NCBI GenBank assembly: GCA_038244685.1
Contig: JBBRTD010000005.1
Coordinates: 1 to 45,728 of the forward strand
Origin: Minisyncoccia bacterium
Lineage (GTDB): Bacteria; Patescibacteriota; Minisyncoccia; Phycocordibacterales; UBA9973
DNA: 45,728 bases
Direction of reading: 5' to 3'
In this document: piece after piece, positions 1 to 8,700 of the stretch
Layout: each line of letters begins with the position of its first letter
How positions within the stretch are numbered: the stretch's first letter is position 1
Program-made: the position numbers and the translations under genes
Notes under the pieces: generated by a model
Seen by the model: only the letters and a program-made list of their open reading frames with translations
What the model was told of the DNA's origin: nothing
Databases searched by the model: none

Positions 1-375
1 CGAAATTTTAGGTCGGGGAGGAAGGAGAGGATGACGCCAGGTCAGCATGTCCCTTGATACCTTGGGCTACACACATAATACAATCGCAATTACAACGGGC
101 AGCGACGGGGTAACCCTGAGCGAATCCTTTAAAAATTGCGCCAGTTCGGATTGGGGGCTGCAACTCGACCCCATGAAGTTGGAATTACTAGTAATCGCGG
201 GTCAGACATACCGCGGTGAATACGTTCTCAAGTCTTGTACTCACCGCCCGTCAATTCAAGGGAGCCGGGAATACTCGAAATCTCTCCAGAAGGAGGGCCT
301 ACAGTAAGCTCGGTGACAGGGAATAAGTCGTAACAAGGCACGGGTAGCGGAAGCTGTTCGTGGAATAATTCAATT
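1..375 (+). rRNA. rrs: 16S rRNA, 3' portion (partial, runs off window start)
   Basis: Conserved SSU motifs GGAGGAAGG..GATGACG, GGGCTACACAC, GCAACTCGACCCCATGAAG, GTACTCACCGCCCGTCA, AAGTCGTAACAAGG and the h45 GGAA loop; 3' end approximate. Confidence 0.98.
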
Positions 376-586
376 TGAAATCGATCACTCATCTTAATTT
401 ATTAAGTGAGCCGATCTTATTGAGTCGATATTGTCTGCCTCAATTGAGCAGACAATGGACATTGATTTTAAGTCCTAAAAGAAATCTGACAAGGAGGGAA
501 AGACCCCTAGAACGGAACAAAATAAAGAAAATTTCTGTTACTATTAAATGGATTACTTGATACAAAATATATAAAACAAATTAAAC

Positions 587-620
587 AAAAAATCTCACGT
601 AAGTGGGATTTTTTGTTTTT
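587..620 (+). terminator. intrinsic terminator after 16S trailer
   Basis: AAAAAATCTCAC-GTAA-GTGGGATTTTTT hairpin followed by T-tract. Confidence 0.75.
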
Positions 621-638
621 ATAATTAGTTTGAGATAC

Positions 639-686
639 CATAACTATAAAACCCTCTGGATTAATCCAGAGGGTTTTATAGTTATG
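639..686. terminator. 48-bp perfect palindrome, probable terminator of minus-strand small RNA
   Basis: CATAACTATAAAACCCTCTGGATT|AATCCAGAGGGTTTTATAGTTATG. Confidence 0.65.
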
Positions 687-766
687 TGCTTAAGTCAGCG
701 GGTGCAAAACTCCAACACAATTGCATATGTGAGTGCAGCCGCTGACTTAAAAACACAACGACTGCT
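645..766 (-). ncRNA. candidate small RNA 1 (long hairpin)
   Basis: Minus-strand TTGTAT(800-795)-16-TATAAT(778-773); ~70-nt hairpin with 12-bp arms TTAAGTCAGCGG/CCGCTGACTTAA; inner G-U pairs favour minus strand; terminator at 639-686; no credible ORF. Confidence 0.55.
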
Positions 767-796
767 ACAAATATTATATATTATTCTTTCTAAAAT

Positions 797-887
797 ACAA
801 AACATCCCCGATTGCTCGGAGATGTTTTGTTATGCAATTGCTTTAATAAATATAATTATGTATTAAGCGTTGGAACTTTAACTCACT
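797..887 (-). ncRNA. candidate small RNA 2
   Basis: Minus-strand TTGACA(922-917)-17-TATACT(899-894) promoter; terminator hairpin 797-830; no ORF in between. Confidence 0.5.
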
Positions 888-910
888 GGGTGTAGTATAG
901 CAAAAATTAG

Positions 911-939
911 TTGTATTGTCAAGTCTTTTGTGTTATACT
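911..939 (+). promoter_or_regulatory. sigma70-type promoter of rnpB, overlapping a divergent promoter
   Basis: TTGTAT-17-TATACT with extended TG, 7 nt before rnpB P1. Confidence 0.7.
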
Positions 940-946
940 ACTGGTA

Positions 947-1316
947 GGTTTGTATTGGATAAATGCGCTTTAAAGAAATTTGAAGTGAGGAAAGTCCGAA
1001 CACATATCTAAAAGTAATTTTAGAAAGTGTAGTGGGTAATACCCATCGGCGGCAACGCCCGAGGTGCGAGCAGAGACGCTATTAACCCGAAAGGGAATAG
1101 CATCCAATCAAATGGATGAGTCTTCATATAAATTTGCAAAAATGAAATTGAAGAGTGAAACGGCTAAATCCTTACATGTGTGCAAGATCGTGTCGAATAA
1201 TTTATGAAAATAAATTATTCGAAGAATCGCTTGAGCTTTACAGTAATGTATCGCCTAGATAAATATTTATCATCTGCTTTACAGCAGATACAGAATTCGG
1301 CTTATAGATACAAACC
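947..1316 (+). ncRNA. rnpB: RNase P RNA
   Basis: P4 signatures GAGGAAAGTCCGAAC and ACAGAATTCGGCTTA; P1 closing GGTTTGTAT/ATACAAACC; internal GTGAAACGGCTAAATC motif. Confidence 0.95.
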
Positions 1317-1322
1317 AAATAT

Positions 1323-1362
1323 ATGAAAAACACCTTGTCCAAAGCATGGTGTTTTTCATTTG
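1323..1362 (+). terminator. rnpB terminator
   Basis: ATGAAAAACACC...GGTGTTTTTCAT hairpin plus T-tract. Confidence 0.75.
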
Positions 1363-1580
1363 TATTTTATATTAATCTAAACCAAGTATTATATATACTA
1401 TATAAATATGGGTATTATCAATCAATATTATTTATATAAATTTTATTTCATATTCTTTCAAAACAAAAATGATTTAATTATTTTAAAAATAAATAAATTT
1501 TTTAAATTAAATTAAAATAATTTAAAAAAAGTTTTTATTAATTATTATTTTCTTTTTTATAAAAATAAAATAAAAAAAAG

Positions 1581-1589
1581 TTATCCACA
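1581..1589 (+). promoter_or_regulatory. single perfect DnaA box next to a very AT-rich tract
   Basis: TTATCCACA; about 1380-1580 is overwhelmingly A/T. Confidence 0.45.
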
Positions 1590-1741
1590 CATTTTTATAG
1601 AAAAAGTATTGCAGTTATTTCTGATATGTAAGATAATATATGTGTGAGTGTGATAAATTTTTTTTACAAAATATTTTTTTATAAAATTTTGTAAGGTCGT
1701 GAAGTCACACATCTTTTAAAAATAATTTTTTTAAATATTAT

Positions 1742-1828
1742 ATGGCAGCAAAAAAAGCAGCTAAGAAAGTAGTAAAGAAAGCAGTTAAGAAAGTAGCAAA
1801 AAAAGCTGTTAAGAAAGGAAAGAAGTAA
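1742..1828 (+). CDS. 28-aa Lys/Ala/Val-rich histone H1-like peptide (MAAKKAAKKVVKKAVKKVAKKAVKKGKK)
   Basis: Read from sequence (below ORF-track cutoff); varied synonymous codons; upstream TTGCAG-17-GATAAT promoter, structured leader and own terminator 1851-1884. Confidence 0.85.
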   Translation: MAAKKAAKKVVKKAVKKVAKKAVKKGKK

Positions 1829-1903
1829 TTCTTTTTTACTTAGCGCAAGCAGAAAATCCCCTCTCTATCGGGGATTTTCTTTTTGTGCTAAAATGACTAA
1901 ATT

Positions 1904-4411
1904 ATGAGTATATTAGAAAACATATTCGGAAACGAAAACGACAATCAAATAAAGAAATGGAAGCCTCTCGTAAATAAAATTAATCTTCTAGAAGCAGATA
2001 TGAAAGAGTTGAAAGACTCTGATTTTGTTCTTAAAACGCAAGAGTTAAAGGGGAGACTTGTTAAAGGGGAGCTATTAGATGATATCTTACCAGAAGCCTT
2101 TGCTTTGGTTAGAGAAGCCTCATTACGTACTTTTAATCTAAGGCATTATGATGTCCAGATGATAGGAGGAATTGCACTTCATAATGGAAATATTGCTGAG
2201 ATGCGTACAGGTGAAGGTAAAACTCTTATGGCCACGCTACCTGCATATTTGAACTCACTTACAGATGAAGGTGTCCATGTGATTACTGTTAACGATTATC
2301 TTTCTCGTCGTGATGCTGTTTGGATGGGTCCAGTTTTCTCAATGCTAGGTATTACTTGTGCTGTTGTTAATTCAGAAAACAAATCATACATATATGATCC
2401 AACACATCAAGATGAAGAAACGGAAATAGAAAAAGAAGGAGAGATTAGATCTTTCAAGGTTCAATATGAATTTCTTCGTCCTTGTTCTCGAACAGAAGCT
2501 TATGCTTGTGATATTACCTATGGAACAAATAATGAATTTGGTTTTGATTTTTTAAGAGACAATTTAGCAAACAGTATTGGAGATGTTGTTCAGAGAGGGC
2601 ATCACTTTGCGATTGTTGACGAAGTAGACTCTATCTTAATCGATGAGTCACGTACACCACTTATTATTTCTTCGGCCGCTGAAGATTCTGAAGATTTGTA
2701 TTATACTTTTGCGGATATTGCAAAAAGCTTAAAGATTGAAGAAGACTATGCTGTCGATGAGAAGCTTCGTGCCATTTCGTTGACTGATGCGGGTATTACT
2801 AAGGCAGAGGATTTACTTGGTATTAAAGATATTTATACACAAAAGGGCATAAAGTATGTTCATCATTTAGAGACAGCAGTTAAAGCTCGTGCTCTATATG
2901 AGAATAATAAAGATTATGTTGTTAAAGATGGCGAAGTTATAATCGTTGATGCTTTTACTGGAAGATTACAACCTGGACGTCGTTGGAGTGAAGGTCTTCA
3001 TCAAGCGATTGAAGCTAAAGAGGGTGTAAAAATAGAGAAGGAGACTAGAGCTGTCGCTTCTATTACTTTCCAGAATTACTTCCGTTTTTACAAGAAGCTT
3101 TCTGGAATGACAGGAACGGCTGAAACATCAAAAGAAGAATTTTTCAAAGTTTATGGATTAAATGTAATCGTTGTTCCTACTCACAGAGATATAAATAGAA
3201 TAGATCACAATGATTTAATTTATCAAACAGAGAAGAGTAAGCTCTTGGCTGTAGCTGGTAGGGTAAAAGAACTCCATAGTAAGGGGCAACCAGTTTTGAT
3301 TGGTACTGTTTCTATTGAGAAAAATGAACTTCTCTCGGCTTACCTAACTCAAGCTGGAGTTCCTCATACAATCTTAAATGCTAAAAATCATGAACGTGAA
3401 GGAGAAATAATCGCCAATGCTGGACGTTTAGGTGCTGTTACTGTTGCGACAAACATGGCCGGACGTGGAGTTGATATTAAATTAGGTGGTGTTCCTTATA
3501 GTTTAGAATCATACGAAGAAGTAAAAGTTTTGGGAGGATTATTTGTTATGGGTACTGAACGTCATGAAGCTCGCCGAATAGATAATCAGCTAAGAGGACG
3601 TTCAGGAAGACAAGGAGATCCAGGCGAAACTCAATTCTATGTATCGCTCGAGGATGATTTAATGCGTATCTTTGGTTCCGATCGTTTAAAAAGCATGATG
3701 GGCAAATTAGGTATTCCAGAAGATCAGCCAATTGAGAATCGATTTATTTCCAATGCTATAGAAGGAGCTCAAGCTAAAATAGAAGGTTTTCACTTTGATT
3801 CTCGTAAGCATACATTAGAATATGACAATGTCATGAATCATCAGAGAAATGTTATTTACGGAAGAAGAAGAGCTATGCTTTCAGGGGATTATGAAAAAAT
3901 ACAAGAATTCCTAGATGACCTTGTTCTTGATTATCCTAAGCTTATAGAAATAATAAAAGAGAAACGTGAGAAAGTGGGAGATGCCGTTTTCTTTGAAACA
4001 GTTCGCCGTATCGTTCTTTATATTACAGATAATCTTTGGGTGGAACATTTAGAGACAATGGAATACACACGTTCTTCGGTAAATCTACGTGCTTACGGTC
4101 AGCGTGAACCATTGATTGAATATAAGAAAGAAGGATTAAGATTATTTAAAGAAATGGAAACAGTTCTTCGTGAGCAAGCTTCATCTTTAATTTCCACTAT
4201 GAATGTAGATGTAGAGAGATCAAATGATCAAGTTATTGAAGAGAGACCATCTCTTATTTTAAGCTCAGTCAAAGAAGGGGATGTAACTGTTAAAAATGAA
4301 GCAGATAAAATTGGCCGTAATGACCCTTGTCCTTGTGGGTCGGGCAAGAAATATAAAAACTGTGGATTGCTTGATACAGCTGAACATAAGACAAACTTAT
4401 TAAAGAAGTAG
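1904..4411 (+). CDS. secA: preprotein translocase ATPase SecA
   Basis: MRTGEGKT Walker A, IVDEVDSILIDESRTPLIIS, ATNMAGRGVDI, GRSGRQGDPG, C-terminal SEC-C CPCGSGKKYKNC. Confidence 0.99.
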   Translation: MSILENIFGNENDNQIKKWKPLVNKINLLEADMKELKDSDFVLKTQELKGRLVKGELLDDILPEAFALVREASLRTFNLRHYDVQMIGGIALHNGNIAEMRTGEGKTLMATLPAYLNSLTDEGVHVITVNDYLSRRDAVWMGPVFSMLGITCAVVNSENKSYIYDPTHQDEETEIEKEGEIRSFKVQYEFLRPCSRTEAYACDITYGTNNEFGFDFLRDNLANSIGDVVQRGHHFAIVDEVDSILIDESRTPLIISSAAEDSEDLYYTFADIAKSLKIEEDYAVDEKLRAISLTDAGITKAEDLLGIKDIYTQKGIKYVHHLETAVKARALYENNKDYVVKDGEVIIVDAFTGRLQPGRRWSEGLHQAIEAKEGVKIEKETRAVASITFQNYFRFYKKLSGMTGTAETSKEEFFKVYGLNVIVVPTHRDINRIDHNDLIYQTEKSKLLAVAGRVKELHSKGQPVLIGTVSIEKNELLSAYLTQAGVPHTILNAKNHEREGEIIANAGRLGAVTVATNMAGRGVDIKLGGVPYSLESYEEVKVLGGLFVMGTERHEARRIDNQLRGRSGRQGDPGETQFYVSLEDDLMRIFGSDRLKSMMGKLGIPEDQPIENRFISNAIEGAQAKIEGFHFDSRKHTLEYDNVMNHQRNVIYGRRRAMLSGDYEKIQEFLDDLVLDYPKLIEIIKEKREKVGDAVFFETVRRIVLYITDNLWVEHLETMEYTRSSVNLRAYGQREPLIEYKKEGLRLFKEMETVLREQASSLISTMNVDVERSNDQVIEERPSLILSSVKEGDVTVKNEADKIGRNDPCPCGSGKKYKNCGLLDTAEHKTNLLKK

Positions 4412-4450
4412 AATTGAAAATATTTAGATGGATGGTATAATATGTTTATT

Positions 4451-4723
4451 ATGATCAATAAGCAATTATTAGATTTTATCGAAGAACAGCTACCTAGGGT
4501 TAAAGATAGGGGTGTTATATCCAAAGAACTGCAGAGCCGCGGCTGGACAGTTAAGGATATACAAGAGGGTTTTGGCACAATTGATAGTCAAAACCGTATT
4601 CTTTCTGGTGGTGTTGTTTCTCCTGATTTAAAACAAAATAGTTCCGGTAAAAAAATAGCACTTTCATTAGTGCTATTTTTATTTATTGTCGGAATATCTT
4701 GTTATTTTATCTGGGGTAATTAA
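4451..4723 (+). CDS. hypothetical protein with C-terminal TM helix
   Basis: ORF 4442-4723; start moved to 4451 because TATAAT directly abuts 4442; ELQSRGWTVKDIQEGF helical motif and hydrophobic C-terminus. Confidence 0.75.
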   Translation: MINKQLLDFIEEQLPRVKDRGVISKELQSRGWTVKDIQEGFGTIDSQNRILSGGVVSPDLKQNSSGKKIALSLVLFLFIVGISCYFIWGN

Positions 4724-4802
4724 CCAATAGTAAGATATTTTATTAATAATTACATAGAGTCGAGCAACATTTTAAGTAATGTCACGTTAAGTAAAATATA
4801 GC

Positions 4803-4962
4803 AAATACCCTTATAAAATAGGCTTTTTATGAAACAAAAGGGGATATATGTCAAAAAAGCTAATAAATCCTTATTTTAAAGGGTAATTAAGCAATATTAA
4901 CGTAATTTTGTCAATCATTCAAATAGAAAATACCCTTATGAAATAAGGGTATTTTCTATTTG
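4803..4962. repeat. cluster of ACCCTTAT(A/G)AAATA(A)GG-like motifs ending in a 20-bp-arm inverted repeat
   Basis: Copies at 4803-4822, 4869-4888 (reverse) and 4928-4955; perfect inverted repeat 4920-4962. Confidence 0.6.
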
Positions 4963-5157
4963 ACGACATGGAAAATCATGTTATAACCATTGACTTTTAG
5001 ATACCTTCGTGCTAATATATTCTCGAGTCCAAATATGTTGTCATTCTGATGATATATAAGGATTTTTTTACTTTAGTCTTAATTTACTATCTTTAAGATA
5101 ATAGATTAGGGTAAGGTGAACCTTGGCAAGGCGTCTAATGGTACGAAATCATTAACT

Positions 5158-5742
5158 ATGAATAAACAGAAAATAATACGTTACTTGCAGTCGATTGTTG
5201 CTATTCCTATGTTAGCTGTGGCTATACCACTTACAGGAATACAGAGCATACCTGACTCGATTTCAATTAACGATAATACAGTTGGGGTTTCTGATTCTGT
5301 GATAACAGCACAAGAAAAGGAAGATCTCAAAAAACAGGCTGATAAGGTTGATGCATTCTTTGAATCTCGTAATGCACCACTTGAAGGCTATGGAATGAAG
5401 TTTGTTGTTGAAGCCAAGAAAAATGACATCGACTGGAGACTTCTTCCAGCTATAGCGATGAGAGAAACAACCGGAGGCAAACAGGCATGTAAAAATCCTA
5501 AAGCCCCTAACAATAACTTTGGTTGGTCTTCATGTAAGAAAGGATTTGACTCAGTAGATCAATCTATTGAGCATATATCTAAAACTCTTAGTGGAAACAA
5601 TACTAACTCTTTACACTATAAAGATGGTATGACTACGGTTCAGATTTTAAAGAAGTATAATCCAGACTCTATCGTTCCTGGTTACTCTAAACAAGTAATA
5701 AAGATAATGAAAATGATAGATGCGGATGATGCAATAATGTAA
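5158..5742 (+). CDS. secreted lysozyme-fold (glucosaminidase/transglycosylase-like) protein
   Basis: N-terminal signal-like segment; DWRLLPAIAMRETTGG catalytic-Glu helix, NNFGW and KYN motifs; ATG 5158 preferred over GTG 5116. Confidence 0.75.
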   Translation: MNKQKIIRYLQSIVAIPMLAVAIPLTGIQSIPDSISINDNTVGVSDSVITAQEKEDLKKQADKVDAFFESRNAPLEGYGMKFVVEAKKNDIDWRLLPAIAMRETTGGKQACKNPKAPNNNFGWSSCKKGFDSVDQSIEHISKTLSGNNTNSLHYKDGMTTVQILKKYNPDSIVPGYSKQVIKIMKMIDADDAIM

Positions 5743-5745
5743 TTT

Positions 5746-5784
5746 AAACTAAAAGGCCCCGACTTAGTCGGGGCCTTTTAGTTT
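5746..5784. terminator. bidirectional terminator
   Basis: AAACTAAAAGGCCCCGAC-TTA-GTCGGGGCCTTTTAGTTT between convergent genes. Confidence 0.85.
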
Positions 5785-8700
5785 TATATTTTCTTAAAAT
5801 TATCTATCATTATACTTTTCTCTCCATTCCTCTCTGTTATCTTGCCCTGAAGGGCGATTATGGTATCTTTGATTATAATTTCTTTATTAGCTTCAAAAAG
5901 TTTAGTGAATATTACGGCATCAATAGAGCCTGTATAGTCTGAGATTTTAATGAAAGCCATACGGTCGTTCTTTTTTGTTGTGACTAGTCTGATATCATCG
6001 ATAATGGCCGCTATAGTTACTGGTGTATTTACCTTGAGCTCTTCGCGGGCTTTCTTTATTAAAGTTCCAAATTTTTCAATTTTATCTTTATAATTATCTA
6101 GTGGATGGCCGGAAATATATAGGCCTAGTAAGTCTTTTTCCCAAGTTAGCTTTTCTTGATGAGTTGCTTCTGTTTGGTCTTCTAGTGATAATTTAACCTC
6201 GATTCCACCAATATCTCCGAATAGTGAATCATGAGTATTAGTACCACGAGCTTCTTTGTTGAAAGCGATAAGCTTCTCTAAATTACCCATAATTATATTT
6301 CTGTGTGGAACCATTTCATCCATTGCTCCACATTTAGCTAGAGCTTCGACAGATTTCTTGTTAAGATTTTTATGATTAATTCTCTCAAAGAAATCGGCTA
6401 ATGATTTAAAGTTACCGTTTTTCTTTCTTTCTTCTATTATTGAATCGGCAATATCTATACCTAAGTTTTTAATATTATAAAATCCAAAGCGAATAGTCCT
6501 GTCTGTCGCATAATTGCTACCTTTGATAACTGTAAATCCACCGAAACTTTCATTGATGTTTGGAGGCAAAACTTTAATTTTCATTTTTTCACATTCATGA
6601 ATAATTTCAGCAACCTTTTCTATGTCACCTGATTCAGAGGTCATGATTGCGGTCATATACTCCACTGGGAAGTTCGCTTTCATATAGGCAGTCTGATATG
6701 CCACGAGTCCGTAACTTGCGGCATGGGCCTTTCCGAATCCATAGGCAGCGAATGGCTCGATGAGGCCCCAGAGTTCTTGAGCCTTTTTTTCACTTAAGCC
6801 ATTTTTAACGAAACCAGCCAGCAATTTTTCTTTTTCGGCTTGCATAACCTCTGGGATTTTCTTACCCATAGCCTTACGAAGCTTATCAGCTTCAAGCCAT
6901 GAATAGCCTGCAAGACCAATGGCTGTCATTAAGACATCATCCTGATAAGTGATGATTCCGTAAGACATACTTAGAATATCCTTAAGTCTTGGGTCAATAA
7001 AAGATATAAATTTAGGATTATTTTTACGTTTAATATATTCTGGAATCATTTCCATCGGTCCAGGACGGTAAAGAGCAACCATGGCATTAATGTCATGAAT
7101 AGTGGAAGGACGAAGCTCTTTTAAATATCTAGTCATACCAGAGCCGTTAAGTTGGAATAGTCCCATAGTCTCTCCACGAGAGAGCATTTCAAAAGTTTTT
7201 TTATCACCAAGATCAAGTGTATCGATGTCGATATCAACCTTGTGAATTATTTTTACTAGTCTAACTGCTTCAGCTAAGATTGCTAAGTTTTTAATTCCCA
7301 AGAAGTCGAACTTTGGAAGTCCTGCATCCTCAATGCTATACATATCGTATTGAGTAATGATGTGTCCACCTTTTGGATCATATTGAACTGGAGTAAATTC
7401 ATAAAGAGGGCGAGGTGCCATCACAATACCAGCAGCATGAACAGAGATGTGTCTGACACAACCTTCCATTTTTTTAGCTAAATCAATTATTCTTTTTGTA
7501 TCAGGCTCGGTTTTGTAGGCAGCTTTTAATTCTGGAACTATCTTAATGGCATGATCAATTGTCATAGCACTTCCTTGTGATCCAAGTGGAATCATCGAAG
7601 ATATACGATCTCCGACATTGTATGGATATCCTAAAGCTCGGGCTACATCCTTAACGGAACCTTTGGCCATCATAGTTCCAAATGTTCCAATCTGGGCTAC
7701 TTTATCATCACCGTATTTTCTTTTGGCATAAGCTATAACTTCATCGCGACGATTATCAGCATAGTCCATATCTATATCGGGCAGTGATGGACGTTCTGGA
7801 TTTAAAAATCTTTCGAAGGGAAGTTTGTAAACAATCGGATCGACTTTTGTAATACCAGTTAAGTAAGTTGTAAGTGATCCTGCCACTGATCCTCGGATAT
7901 TTGTGTAAATTCCATTATCGCGTGAAAATTGCAAAAGATCAGACACTACTAAGAAGTATGCAGGATAGCCTTTTTGTCTAATAATTTTAAGTTCGTATTC
8001 TAATCTGTCTATATAGACTTGGGTTTTTTCAAGTTTTCTAATTTCGAATCCTTTATAGGCTAACTCTCTTAGGACTTCATCTGCAGTTTTTCCTTCAGGA
8101 ATTGGAAAGTCAGGGAAGTAGGCTGTGCCAAGTTCCAAATCATATTCTTCGCATAAGTCAGCGACCATTTTAGTATTTGAAACGGCCTCAGGTATATCCT
8201 TGAAATATTTAAAAGCAGTTTTCTCGTCGATTAAAGAAAAGTCGTCTTCGGGGAATTCAAACTTCGTTCCTTCTTTTCCATCCATGACTCCTGTATTAAC
8301 AGCCAAGAGAGTATGATGAGCCTGAAAGTCATCAATACATAAATAGTGTGAGTCTTGTCCTGCAACAACTGGAATATTAAATTTTTTGGAAAGAGCGATG
8401 ATGCCTTTTCTTAGTTTTTCATCATTGTCTACGTGAGGATGAGAGTGAACTTCGAGGAAATAATTTTCTTTGCCGAAAATTTCTTGATGTTCTTTTATTA
8501 GATTTTCAGCTTTTTCATTATTACCAGCAAGTACAGCTTGAGAGAGCTGACTACCCATACATCCAGATAGGCAAATAATACCCTCGCTATACAAACGAAG
8601 AACTTCTTTGTCCATACGAGGTTTGTAATAGTAACCCTCTAGGTTAGCAATTGTAACTAGTCGCATTAGATTCTTATATCCTTGTTTTGTCCGAGCTAAG

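Noticed and set aside
47-866. ORFs 47-307, 375-560 and 603-866
   Set aside because: They overlap 16S rRNA, its trailer and terminator/sRNA hairpins, and have no protein-like features
686-887. SRP RNA or two-piece tmRNA as the identity of the small RNAs
   Set aside because: No SRP helix-8 motif (CAGG..GGAA..AGCAG) and no tRNA-like tmRNA ends; the KAIA-stop ending has no resume context
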